Shown one piece after another: positions 18,197-27,921 of a stretch of 64,000 bases of DNA. The position numbers were made by a program, and so were the translations under genes. The stretch is from Ignavibacteria bacterium (GTDB taxonomy: Bacteria; Bacteroidota; Ignavibacteria; Kapaibacteriales; Kapaibacteriaceae). The stretch lies in the NCBI GenBank assembly GCA_016873895.1, contig VGVV01000002.1, forward strand, positions 314,152 through 378,151, read 5' to 3'. Every line of letters begins with the position of its first letter. Position 1 is the stretch's first letter. Under the pieces are notes generated by a model, which was given only the letters and a program-made list of their open reading frames with translations, was not told where the DNA came from and did no database searches.

Positions 18197-19600
18197 CTAC
18201 CAACCGCCACCAAGTGCCTTGTAAAGCCGGACGTATGCCCTGTACTGATTTGCCTTTGCCGAGATATACGCACGTTGCGCATCTAGCAGGCTTCGTTGTG
18301 CGTCGAGAACCTGTAGGTATGTCGTTGCACCAAATCGATATCGTAACTGCGAAAGCCGCGCAACTTCCGTCACAGACACAAGGCCAAGTTTGGCGGCGGC
18401 GATCTGATTGCCACCGTTGGTGATTGCAGCAACGGCATCATTCACATCGCGCAGAGCTGCGAGGACTGCGTTCTTGTATGCCAGTTCAGCTTGCAGTGCC
18501 TGGGCGTTTGCGCCATCAACACGAGCTGCGTTTCTTCCTGCATTAAAGATTGGTTGTGCTATGTTCCCAGCGAATTGATAGGCAAAGGAACCGGGATCAA
18601 AGAGATTGGCTGAAGAGATACTCTGCAATCCAATATCGCCCGAGAGTGCCACGCGTGGGAATTGCTGAGCAACTGCCACCCCTATATCAGATGTTGCTGC
18701 TTCAAGTTCATATTCGGCAAGTTGAACATCTGGTCTGCGCTCAAGCAGCTGACCGGGCAAACCTGTAGGCAAGGTTGTAGGTACGACAAGATCATCTACA
18801 GCCCGACCCCGCTCTACCGGCGCACCAGGCGGTCGTGCGAGCAGAATATTCAATGCATTTTCTGTTTGTTCAATTGCTGCTACAGTAGGTGCAAGGAGAA
18901 CCTCAATACGATGTAACTCAGACTCTGCTTGTCGACAATCAAGTTCTGATGTCTTGCCCTTTTCAAACAATAGTTTAGCAAGTGTTAGGTATTCCTTGCG
19001 GTTTGCAATGTTGGAATCAAGTCTTTCCTTTACAGCATCTAACTCACGAATGGTGATATATGCTTCGGCTACTGATGCAATCAGACCCAGAGTTGCTGCT
19101 CGATTTCCCGCGTAGCTAGCCGAAAGGCGGGCACGTTGTGCATCGGTGCCCCTTGCGATGCGACCAAACACATCGATTTCCCAGTTCAAGAGGGCTGAAA
19201 CCCCAAAAAAGCCCTGCAGATTTGAAAAGAAAGATGCTGGCTGGTTCGGATATCTGTTCTGAGATGGCTTGGTTTCAGAAGCACCAAATGCAACGTCCGC
19301 ATTGGGGTACCATTGTGATTCTTGAATTGTTACGATGGACTTGGCTTGATCAATACGCGCTAGAGTTGCTTGCAGATCATAGTTCTGGTCTATTGCCAGG
19401 ACAATGTATCGGTTAAGTACACTGTCTTCGAAAATCTCGTAGTACTTCATGTCGGCCAGCGACTTGTCCTGGGCCGTTATGCCGCGATACGTTGTTGGCA
19501 TAGCGATTTCGGGACGTCGATAGTCTGGGCCAAGTTTACATGATGTTACAAGTAGAGACGTTAGTACCGCTGCAACTATGGATGTTAAAAGGCTACGCAT
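18197..19600 (-). CDS. Efflux transporter outer-membrane factor (TolC/NodT family) lipoprotein
   Basis: Two-repeat OEP architecture. The start MRSLLTSIVAAVLTSLLVTSC carries a lipobox and overlaps the RND gene end by 8 nt. Confidence 0.8.
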   Translation of the reverse strand: MRSLLTSIVAAVLTSLLVTSCKLGPDYRRPEIAMPTTYRGITAQDKSLADMKYYEIFEDSVLNRYIVLAIDQNYDLQATLARIDQAKSIVTIQESQWYPNADVAFGASETKPSQNRYPNQPASFFSNLQGFFGVSALLNWEIDVFGRIARGTDAQRARLSASYAGNRAATLGLIASVAEAYITIRELDAVKERLDSNIANRKEYLTLAKLLFEKGKTSELDCRQAESELHRIEVLLAPTVAAIEQTENALNILLARPPGAPVERGRAVDDLVVPTTLPTGLPGQLLERRPDVQLAEYELEAATSDIGVAVAQQFPRVALSGDIGLQSISSANLFDPGSFAYQFAGNIAQPIFNAGRNAARVDGANAQALQAELAYKNAVLAALRDVNDAVAAITNGGNQIAAAKLGLVSVTEVARLSQLRYRFGATTYLQVLDAQRSLLDAQRAYISAKANQYRAYVRLYKALGGGW

Positions 19601-22600
19601 CTTTGCGCCCCTTTCCGCGCGATTCAACAAACGCAAACAATGCTGGTGCAAGCGTAACACCAATGAACGTCGCAACGAGCATTCCGTAAAAGACGGCCGT
19701 CCCAACGGACTTTCGTGCACCGGCACCCGAGCCGCTAGCTGTCATGAGCGGCACAACGCCAAGAATAAAAGCAAATGCCGTCATGAGAATTGGACGGAAC
19801 CGAAGTCGTGCACTGTCCATCGCTGCTTCATGCGGTGTTAAGCCTTGCTCTTGGCGCATCTTTGCAAACTCGACAATCAGGATTGCATTTTTTGCGGCAA
19901 GGCCAATAAGCAGTATCAAGCCGATCTGCACAAAGATGTTGTTCTCGAGACCCATGATCCATGTGCCCATAAATGCACCGAACGCGGCCACGGGCGTACC
20001 AAGCAGAACACTCCATGGAAGCTTCCATGAATTGTATTGGGCTGCAAGCAAGAGAAACACGAACACGATAGCCATCATGAACGTTGGTAGGGGGCTTGGA
20101 GCTCGCTTCTGTTCATAGGATAAGCCAGCGTATTCGATGGACATACCGTTAGGCAATGTCTCTGCGGCAACCTTCTCGAGCACGTCCATTGCCTGACCGG
20201 TACTGTAGCCCCTTCCTACTTGTGAAGATACCTCAACGGAGCGATAGAGATTGTATCTGTATGTGATCTCTGAACCATTTGTCTGTGATACATTCACAAT
20301 TGTTGAAAGTGGAATCATAGCGCCTGTTGTTGCGCTTCGAACAAAGAATGCGCCAACGTCTGAGGGGTGTTGCCTGTACTGACTCTCTGCCTGAAGAAAG
20401 ACTCTGTAGAGTCTGCCAAACTTGTTGAAGTCATTTACATATGCGCCACCAAGCATCGCTTGAATAACCTGGAAGGCCTGGTCAACCGGCACTCCAAGCT
20501 TCTTCGCTTTTTCGCGATCAAGTTCGATCTTTATCTGAGGTACAGTTGCATCAAACTGCGTAAATAATGCACCAAGTTCGGGATGCTTCGAACATGCATC
20601 AGAGAGTTGAGCTGTTTCTGCGGCAAGCTCTGAAACACTTCTTGTGCCGGTACGATCTTGCAGGTAAAATTTGATGCCACTGGCATTTCCGAAGCCCGGT
20701 ATTGGCGGAGTTCCGAAAGAGAACACGATGCCCTCGGGAATCTGACTAAACGCAGCATTAAGAGAGCTGATAATTTTTGTGTCTACGAGGTCCTTGCGCT
20801 CTTTCCAATCTTTGAGTCGAACAAAGACAGACGCAACGTTTGATGTGGAGGCATCGGCAATGAACGATACTCCAACAACAGAAGTATAGGATTCAACTCC
20901 TGGCTGCTTCGAGAGTATGCTCTCAACCTTGCGCATCACCTCATCTGTGCGCTGTTGCGAGGCGGCATTGGGAAGAGCAACGTTAACCATGATGATGCCC
21001 TGATCCTCAGACGGAACAAAGCCACTGGGCAGCTGGCTAAGTGTTACTCCGGTAAGCGCTGTGAAAGCAGCGATGGCCATAAGAGAAAGTGCTGATCGAC
21101 GTACAAGCCTGCCTACAACTGCGAGATACCCATCAGTGAAGCGTCCAAACAGTCTATTAAACAGCCCATAAAACTTGGAAAGGGGGCTGGGCTTTTCAGG
21201 GTTTGGCTGCCGCAACAACATGACGCACAATGCTGGACTGAGTGTAAGAGCGCTAAAGGCAGAGAATAATGTTGATACGGCAACGGTAATAGCAAATTGT
21301 AAGTACATTCGGCCGATGATACCACCCATAAATCCCACTGGGACGAACACCGCAGCAAAAATCATTGCAATCGCAATCACAGGGCCTGCTACTTCACTCA
21401 TCGCGGCTAGAGTTGCTTCTTTCGGAGACTTGCCATGCTCCATGTGATGCATGACTGCCTCTACAACAACGATAGCATCATCAACCACGATTCCAATGGC
21501 AAGAACAAGGCCAAACAACGACAGCGTGTTGATTGAGAATCCTAGCATTGGGAACAGAATAAATGTTCCAACAAGAGACACTGGCACCGTAAGCAGTGGT
21601 ATCAGTGTAGCACGCCAGTTCTGGAGAAAGACAAACACAACAATGATCACCAGCACAACAGCCTCGAAGAGCGTTTGTGTAATCTCCTCTATGGATGCTT
21701 CAACAGCAGGTGTTGTATCAAAACCAACTTCAACCTTGATGTCATCCGGGAAGGTCTTTCCCATCGACTCAAGTAACTTGTAAATGCCCTCTGCAGATTC
21801 GAGTTGATTAGCCCCCGGCATAAGGTAGACAATCATTGCCGTTGATGGCTTGCCATTGAAGCGGGACTTCATACCATAGTATTCGCTGCCGAGTTCAGCA
21901 CGTGCTACATCACCAACACGTACGATGCGTCCATCTTGCGTTTCTCTTACGATTACATTCTCGAATTCCTCTGGAGATGTAAGCTTACCTGGAGCAAGTA
22001 CAGAATATGTCTGCTCTGCTGCGCCATTATTGGGTACATCTCCAACTTTTCCTGCTGGGGCTTGTATGTTTTGTTCTCGAAGCGCAGAGATAACGTCCGT
22101 TGGGGTGAGACCAAGACGTGCCATTCGATCTGGTTGTGCCCATAAGCGCATCGCATATTCAGCACCAATCAAATCAACGTTGGAAATACCAGGTACTCGC
22201 AGGAGTTGGTCGCGTACGTTGATCATGGCAAAGTTGTTCAGGAACAAGCCATCGTACTTGCCGCTCTCGGAATAGATGGCAATCACCATCAGAATAGAGG
22301 GGTTGGTCTTGCTGATTGTTAACCCCTGGGCATTCACTTCTTGTGGCAGGCGCGATGTAGCGCGAGATGCTCTGCTCTGAACGAGCATATTTGCCACGTT
22401 GATGTCGTTACCTGGTTCAAAGGCAACATCAAGTTTCAAATTCCCATCGCTGGTATTCTTTGAGAGCATGGAAAGCTGATTGTCGAGGCCATTGATTTTC
22501 TGTTCAAGGGGCGTAGCAACTGACTGCTCAACAACCTCTGCGCTGGCTCCCGGATACGAACCTTGAATACGAACTACTGGCGGAGCTAGCGCAGGAAACT

Positions 22601-22703
22601 TCTCGATAGGAAGGCGTAGTAAGGAAACGCTGCCAACCATCACGATAACTATCGAAATGACGATGGCAACGATAGGACGTCTGACAAAGAAGGCTGAGAA
22701 CAT
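19593..22703 (-). CDS. RND efflux permease (HAE1/AcrB family)
   Basis: 1036 aa with 12 TM segments and two large periplasmic loops, with strong AcrB-like blocks. Confidence 0.9.
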   Translation of the reverse strand: MFSAFFVRRPIVAIVISIVIVMVGSVSLLRLPIEKFPALAPPVVRIQGSYPGASAEVVEQSVATPLEQKINGLDNQLSMLSKNTSDGNLKLDVAFEPGNDINVANMLVQSRASRATSRLPQEVNAQGLTISKTNPSILMVIAIYSESGKYDGLFLNNFAMINVRDQLLRVPGISNVDLIGAEYAMRLWAQPDRMARLGLTPTDVISALREQNIQAPAGKVGDVPNNGAAEQTYSVLAPGKLTSPEEFENVIVRETQDGRIVRVGDVARAELGSEYYGMKSRFNGKPSTAMIVYLMPGANQLESAEGIYKLLESMGKTFPDDIKVEVGFDTTPAVEASIEEITQTLFEAVVLVIIVVFVFLQNWRATLIPLLTVPVSLVGTFILFPMLGFSINTLSLFGLVLAIGIVVDDAIVVVEAVMHHMEHGKSPKEATLAAMSEVAGPVIAIAMIFAAVFVPVGFMGGIIGRMYLQFAITVAVSTLFSAFSALTLSPALCVMLLRQPNPEKPSPLSKFYGLFNRLFGRFTDGYLAVVGRLVRRSALSLMAIAAFTALTGVTLSQLPSGFVPSEDQGIIMVNVALPNAASQQRTDEVMRKVESILSKQPGVESYTSVVGVSFIADASTSNVASVFVRLKDWKERKDLVDTKIISSLNAAFSQIPEGIVFSFGTPPIPGFGNASGIKFYLQDRTGTRSVSELAAETAQLSDACSKHPELGALFTQFDATVPQIKIELDREKAKKLGVPVDQAFQVIQAMLGGAYVNDFNKFGRLYRVFLQAESQYRQHPSDVGAFFVRSATTGAMIPLSTIVNVSQTNGSEITYRYNLYRSVEVSSQVGRGYSTGQAMDVLEKVAAETLPNGMSIEYAGLSYEQKRAPSPLPTFMMAIVFVFLLLAAQYNSWKLPWSVLLGTPVAAFGAFMGTWIMGLENNIFVQIGLILLIGLAAKNAILIVEFAKMRQEQGLTPHEAAMDSARLRFRPILMTAFAFILGVVPLMTASGSGAGARKSVGTAVFYGMLVATFIGVTLAPALFAFVESRGKGRKDA

Positions 22704-22718
22704 ATATCAGGCCCCTTG

Positions 22719-23855
22719 TCAGTTCGTTTTGAGTAATGAGTCGAGAGTTACCTTGCTTGGGGTTGCTCTCACAGGCAAGCCTTCTTGAATCTTCTGTAGG
22801 CCATCAACGATGATCTGCTCGCCAGCTACGAGGCCTGCAGTTACAACGATTGCACCGCCAATACGGTCTCCAGTCTCGATATTCCGATATCCAACGATGT
22901 TGTTCTTCACCACGGCAACCCGAGTTTGACCTTGCAGCTCAGAAATGGCGCGCGCCGGAATCACTATGGCGTTGGGTCGTTTCTCAATCATGACGAGTAC
23001 GCGGCCAAAGAGACCTGGACGCAAGAATCCCCCGGGGTTTGAAAACTCAGCTTCAACACGCAGTGTGCCTGTTAATGGGTCGATTGCGTTGTCGGCAACT
23101 ACCAGCTTGCCAATATGCGGCCATGTGCTGCCGTCGGCTAGGCGAAGCTCTACGGGCATGGATGATGCCGATCCATTAGCAGCAGAGCGCAAATAGTCAA
23201 GGAACTCTTTTTCAGACAGGTTAAACGTTACACGAATGGGGTCTAGCTTAGATACCGTTGCAAGTAGTGTGGCATCGCCCCGTCCAACAAGGCTTCCAGC
23301 GCCAAACTTTGCAATACTTGCAAGTCCCGAGATTGGGGATGTCACATTACAGTAGCTCAGATCAAGCTGAGTTCTTTGCAGAGCAGCATTGGCTGCTGCC
23401 ACGGAAGCGGTTGTTGCATTATTTAGCGCTACTGCAGCCTCGTATTCTTGGGCAGAAATTGCGTTCTCTTGCACCAATGCTTGATAACGCACGACATCTT
23501 TGAGAGACCGTGCTTGAGCAGCCTGCGCTTCTGCAAGTCTTGCACGCGCCTGATTCACATAGGCAACATATGCGGAAGGATCAATTTTAAACAGGGTTTG
23601 TCCGGCAACAACTTCCGAGCCCTCTTTATACGTTATTGCTTGAACGAAGCCTTCAACGCGCGCTCGTATGTCTACGTTAAACGAACCTTTTGTCTGCCCA
23701 ACCCATTCGCGGTAGATAGGGACTTCCGCAGCGTTTGCTGTATATATCGTAACAGCCGGCGGGTCCATGGTAACTTCTTCTTCTCTGCCGCACCCGACCA
23801 CAAAGACGGTAAGCGCAACTATGAGTGCAGCAATGCACTTGGACGGTACATCCAT
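22719..23855 (-). CDS. RND efflux periplasmic adaptor (membrane fusion protein)
   Basis: It has a lipoprotein signal (VVGCG), a coiled-coil hairpin and beta-barrel/MP domains. It lies upstream of the permease. Confidence 0.8.
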   Translation of the reverse strand: MDVPSKCIAALIVALTVFVVGCGREEEVTMDPPAVTIYTANAAEVPIYREWVGQTKGSFNVDIRARVEGFVQAITYKEGSEVVAGQTLFKIDPSAYVAYVNQARARLAEAQAAQARSLKDVVRYQALVQENAISAQEYEAAVALNNATTASVAAANAALQRTQLDLSYCNVTSPISGLASIAKFGAGSLVGRGDATLLATVSKLDPIRVTFNLSEKEFLDYLRSAANGSASSMPVELRLADGSTWPHIGKLVVADNAIDPLTGTLRVEAEFSNPGGFLRPGLFGRVLVMIEKRPNAIVIPARAISELQGQTRVAVVKNNIVGYRNIETGDRIGGAIVVTAGLVAGEQIIVDGLQKIQEGLPVRATPSKVTLDSLLKTN

Positions 23856-23929
23856 AAAACTACTCCGTGATTTCACGCTGCAAAGATGCCTATCAGCACA
23901 TGAATTGTGGCACCCCAACGTGCTGGTGC

Positions 23930-24805
23930 TTAAGCAGCCATGCGTTCAGCATTTTGTATGCGCTGAAGCCGCATGGACCTTGTTCTGAACTTGGGGACAA
24001 ACGCTCCAAGAATGTACGTCCGGATGAGATACCACCAAATGCTACGTTCAAGGAGAGATCGATCAATTGTATGCGCTATAGCAGCATGGTTCTTTGGTGC
24101 TAGACTCCAGTGGGTACCTGCCTTGTCGTGATGAACCGTATGGAATCCATTGTTAAACAGCATGAGATTGAGAATGCCAGTAAAATTTCTGGAGTGATTC
24201 ACAGGCGACTCTTCATCGGCATGAACATGTTGCACGAAGTTGAATAAGAGTACTGCAAACAGTCCAACTTGCTGGGGAATGATGACATACAACAGGGCCT
24301 TGCGCCAATCTATAAGCAGCGCGGCACCGATCCATACACCTAGGGCAACATACTGCATCGCAGAGAGCCAGAACTTTCTGCGGTCGGACCCATATAGCTC
24401 TTTGAGATAGTCCCTGATAGGCTTTTGCTGATGGTAGGAGCTTACCATTGGATAGATCAACAACATCAATAGATGATTCTGCTCCGTGAGCCGATACGTG
24501 ATGGTATAGTCACCCTCACGATTGTTCAGTGCATGGTGGTTCTTGTTGTGCGTTGGTATCCAGCCAAATGCAGGAAAGCCATAGAAGACGGTCAACCAAT
24601 AATCGGTCAGGTGGTTCAGTGTACTATTCCGAAAAATCGGAAGGTGATTGTGGTTATGAGCGATCACCGTTACGGCTATTGACAAAAACAGGTAGAATGG
24701 ATACAGCCACCAATTCAGAGCCGGCATAGACCATATGTAGAAGAATAGAGTAGTTGTAACGAGCATGTAACCGATTGTTCGGCGATCTGCCTTGTAACGT
24801 AGCAT
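23930..24805 (-). CDS. Membrane fatty-acid desaturase family protein
   Basis: It has three His boxes (HNHNH, HNKNHH, HTVHH) and four TM helices. Confidence 0.65.
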   Translation of the reverse strand: MLRYKADRRTIGYMLVTTTLFFYIWSMPALNWWLYPFYLFLSIAVTVIAHNHNHLPIFRNSTLNHLTDYWLTVFYGFPAFGWIPTHNKNHHALNNREGDYTITYRLTEQNHLLMLLIYPMVSSYHQQKPIRDYLKELYGSDRRKFWLSAMQYVALGVWIGAALLIDWRKALLYVIIPQQVGLFAVLLFNFVQHVHADEESPVNHSRNFTGILNLMLFNNGFHTVHHDKAGTHWSLAPKNHAAIAHTIDRSLLERSIWWYLIRTYILGAFVPKFRTRSMRLQRIQNAERMAA

Positions 24806-24900
24806 TGTGACGACTTCTTCTTGTGTAAAATATCTGCCCGATGAAGATACGGCAATTCACTATGTTGAATCACGACATTTCTTCATAATTGGAGCCAATC

Positions 24901-25332
24901 ATGAAAAACAACGTTTCCATTTGCATTGCTCTCGTAGTGTTGTTCTTGAGTGCTTTCTCACCGCGTGAATTGTATGGCGACAATGCGGTCGGAATCCAGC
25001 TTGGTGAGCCGGGCACCGCTGGGGTATCGCTGCGGTTTGACAACATCGCAATTGGTGCTGCATGGAATATCGACAACGGATATCTGCATGTAAATCTTGA
25101 CTATTGGGCAGATCGCGGAACATTGGCCAAGCCGATTGATTGGTTCTACGGATACGGGGCTGATGTTGGCTTGGGCGACGAGTACAGGGTCGCTGCACGC
25201 ATCCCCGTTGGCATGATATGGGAGCCAAACAAGCAGTTTGAAGTTTTTGGTCAGGTAGCACCCGGACTTAAGGTCCTGCCCAACACGGACTTCTACTTTG
25301 GCGCTGCTGTTGGTGTGCGATACCGCTTCTGA
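24901..25332 (+). CDS. Small outer-membrane beta-barrel-like protein
   Basis: Signal peptide, alternating hydrophobic pattern and a C-terminal ...GVRYRF. Confidence 0.4.
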   Translation: MKNNVSICIALVVLFLSAFSPRELYGDNAVGIQLGEPGTAGVSLRFDNIAIGAAWNIDNGYLHVNLDYWADRGTLAKPIDWFYGYGADVGLGDEYRVAARIPVGMIWEPNKQFEVFGQVAPGLKVLPNTDFYFGAAVGVRYRF

Positions 25333-25335
25333 CTG

Positions 25336-26001
25336 ATGCTACCTACTCAATTTTTCGATTTTTTTGCTGCGCTTCGTGATCACAACAGCAAGGAATGGTT
25401 CGACGAGCATCGTTCTGAGTACGAGCGGTTTGTGAAGAAGCCGTTTGCATCTCTCGTGCAGCAGCTCATCGATAAGATTCGCCGTATCGATCCATATGTT
25501 CTGCCGACGGCTTCGAATGCGATCTTTCGGATCAATCGCGACATTCGCTTTTCGAAGGACAAAACACCCTACAAGACCTCCACGGGCGCATTCATAAGTC
25601 GCTATGGGAAGAAGGCGCATGGGATGCCGGGATTGTATGTCGAGGTGTCATACGATAGAGCAGGGATTGCAGGGGGCACATATATGCCTGACAAGGGTCA
25701 GCTCGAGCGTATTCGCGATCTTCTCATGCATGAAGGCGCAGCCTTTCGTGCGGCCACGGAAAGCAAGAAATTTATCAAGGCCTTCAGTAGTGTTCAGGGC
25801 GAACGCTCCAAGATTCTGCCGAATGAATTCAAGGAGGCGGCGCAACGCGAGCCCCTTATCTATCACAAACAACTCTATTGGTGGAAAGAACTTTCGCCGG
25901 AGGTGTTTCTTGCGAACGACTGTTGCGACGTACTCTTCGAGCACTATATGTCGCAGCGAGATGCGCAGATTCTCCTTGAGTCTGCGTTGTACGATAATTA
26001 G
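25336..26001 (+). CDS. TIGR02453/DUF2461 family protein
   Basis: 221 aa that resembles this conserved hypothetical family (HNSKEWF ... IFRINRDIRFSKDKTPYK). Confidence 0.5.
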   Translation: MLPTQFFDFFAALRDHNSKEWFDEHRSEYERFVKKPFASLVQQLIDKIRRIDPYVLPTASNAIFRINRDIRFSKDKTPYKTSTGAFISRYGKKAHGMPGLYVEVSYDRAGIAGGTYMPDKGQLERIRDLLMHEGAAFRAATESKKFIKAFSSVQGERSKILPNEFKEAAQREPLIYHKQLYWWKELSPEVFLANDCCDVLFEHYMSQRDAQILLESALYDN

Positions 26002-26043
26002 CAGAATGTAACACTGCAATTCAAGAACTTTCAGCGTTAGCAC

Positions 26044-27921
26044 ATGTTAAAACCGATTACTCTGGACATGCTCACAGAAGAGCTACGATTACAGGCAGAG
26101 AAGTACCTCGAGCCATTTGAGCTCCGTGAACATGAGTATCTCTACAAGGCTGGAGATCAGGCAGACAGAGGGTATCTCGTAGACCAGGGCGAGCTGCGAC
26201 TCGAGGTCGACACCGAAGAACTCGATGCAGAGCGGGTTCTGGAGATTGCCCCCGAAGGCGTATTCATAGGCGAGGGTGGCCTCTTGGGCATAGAGCTTCA
26301 TGCCGTCAATGCCATTGCCGGAACGGATGTACGCGGACGCAGTCTCTCCCGCGATGCCATGCTGCGCATGGAGTCCGATGATCCAGTGCTAGCGGCACGG
26401 ATATACCAAGGACTCGGTAAGGCCGCAACGGCCAAGCTTATGGCTGCAGTCTCACATATCACGGAATATCGCTTTGCTCACCACGGTCATACCGCAGAGA
26501 TCGACGTCATGGTGCACAATGCGCGAAAGGCACAACAGGCTTTTGTTGGTTGGTCTGAGAAGAGAGTCGATGACCTGCTCTACGCTCTGTGCGAGCCCAT
26601 CATCGCCAACGCCGTTGCACTGGCAGAAGATGCTGTTGCCGAAACGCACATGGGAAATGTTCGTGATAAGACACTCAAGCATGTAAATGCCGCCCTTGGA
26701 GTATATGAGCATATCGTTGGCAAGACCGGTTCTGGTGCTATGCCTAAGGGAGCGTCGTCCGGCGTGATTGAAGTGGCAGATGCAATGGGTGTGCTGTTTG
26801 GACTTATTCCCGCAACCAATCCGGTTTCTACAACGTGCTTTAAGGCACTCATTTCGGTAAAATCGCGCAACGCAATCATCCTGAGTCCTAATCGCATAGG
26901 CAGCAAGGTTGTTGTCAAGACCGTAGACATGATGCGCGAGGTACTCTGCGCGCACAGCGCCCCGGAAGATTTGATTCAAGTAGTGCGCGAGCGTCAGAGT
27001 AGACAAACAACGGCGATGTTCATGCATCACAAGGGCGTGGACCTCGTACTTGCAACAGGTGGGGCGTCGATGGTGCGAGCGGCATACAGCTCAGGAACAC
27101 CGGCAATAGGGGTAGGACCAGGCAATGCACCGTGTGTTATCGCATCTGATGCAGATGTCGATCATGCTGCTGATTCGATAGTAAAGAGCAAATCCTTCGA
27201 TAATGGTGTGATCTGTGGTGCCGAACATAACCTCGTATGTGTGGCGAGGAATTATGACGCGCTCGTAGCATCATTAGAGCGACATGGAGCAGCTGTTCTT
27301 TCGCCGGATGAAACAGCGCTCTTTATGGCTAAAGGGGCTTCAACAGGCGTGCTTGGACGTCGTATTGTGGCACAAGATCCCGAGGCAATCGCAGAGTATG
27401 TTGGTATCAGTCGGCCGTATACGATTCGCCTTATTGTCATACCGGTAACGGAGATCAATGAGCACGATCCTATGTCACGGGAAAAGACAGCCCCGGTTCT
27501 CAGTCTCTTCTGTGCATCTGATGATGAGCAGGCTATCACAATGAGCGAGCAGATTCTTGCAATTGATGGCACTGGGCATACAGCGATGATCCACACAGCG
27601 AGTAAAAATCTAGCTCGAACATTTGCTGCCCGCATGCATGCCAGTAGGATTTTGGTAAACTCACCTGGCACGCAGGGAATCATGGGAGCATGCACGGGGC
27701 TCACACCGTCCTTCACACTTGGATGCGGCACCTATGGTGGAACTTCGACAACCGACAATGTCTCATTTCAGCATTTGGTAAACATCAAACGCATTGCTTG
27801 GTATTTGCCGCACAAGAAAACTGCAGAGATTGTGATGCGCTTACAATCGTCGGCCTCGTACCTCCTGCGCATTGTGCGTTTCATCGGCGCGTGGCGCAGA
27901 TTTGTTGCAGGGGTAAAGTAA
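26044..27921 (+). CDS. Fusion of an N-terminal cyclic-nucleotide-binding (CAP effector) domain with a CoA-acylating aldehyde dehydrogenase (AdhE N-terminal / EutE-PduP type)
   Basis: The ALDH blocks match the AdhE N-domain ([28 protein letters not shown]; [31 protein letters not shown]; [19 protein letters not shown]; [23 protein letters not shown]). The N-terminal ~130 aa have a cNMP-binding beta-roll pattern ([24 protein letters not shown]...GEGGLLG). There is no Fe-ADH domain. Confidence 0.75.
   Translation: MLKPITLDMLTEELRLQAEKYLEPFELREHEYLYKAGDQADRGYLVDQGELRLEVDTEELDAERVLEIAPEGVFIGEGGLLGIELHAVNAIAGTDVRGRSLSRDAMLRMESDDPVLAARIYQGLGKAATAKLMAAVSHITEYRFAHHGHTAEIDVMVHNARKAQQAFVGWSEKRVDDLLYALCEPIIANAVALAEDAVAETHMGNVRDKTLKHVNAALGVYEHIVGKTGSGAMPKGASSGVIEVADAMGVLFGLIPATNPVSTTCFKALISVKSRNAIILSPNRIGSKVVVKTVDMMREVLCAHSAPEDLIQVVRERQSRQTTAMFMHHKGVDLVLATGGASMVRAAYSSGTPAIGVGPGNAPCVIASDADVDHAADSIVKSKSFDNGVICGAEHNLVCVARNYDALVASLERHGAAVLSPDETALFMAKGASTGVLGRRIVAQDPEAIAEYVGISRPYTIRLIVIPVTEINEHDPMSREKTAPVLSLFCASDDEQAITMSEQILAIDGTGHTAMIHTASKNLARTFAARMHASRILVNSPGTQGIMGACTGLTPSFTLGCGTYGGTSTTDNVSFQHLVNIKRIAWYLPHKKTAEIVMRLQSSASYLLRIVRFIGAWRRFVAGVK

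Noticed and set aside
19744-22275. Several 60-125-aa ORFs antisense to or within the RND permease gene
   Set aside because: They are shadow ORFs inside a strongly supported 1036-aa gene.
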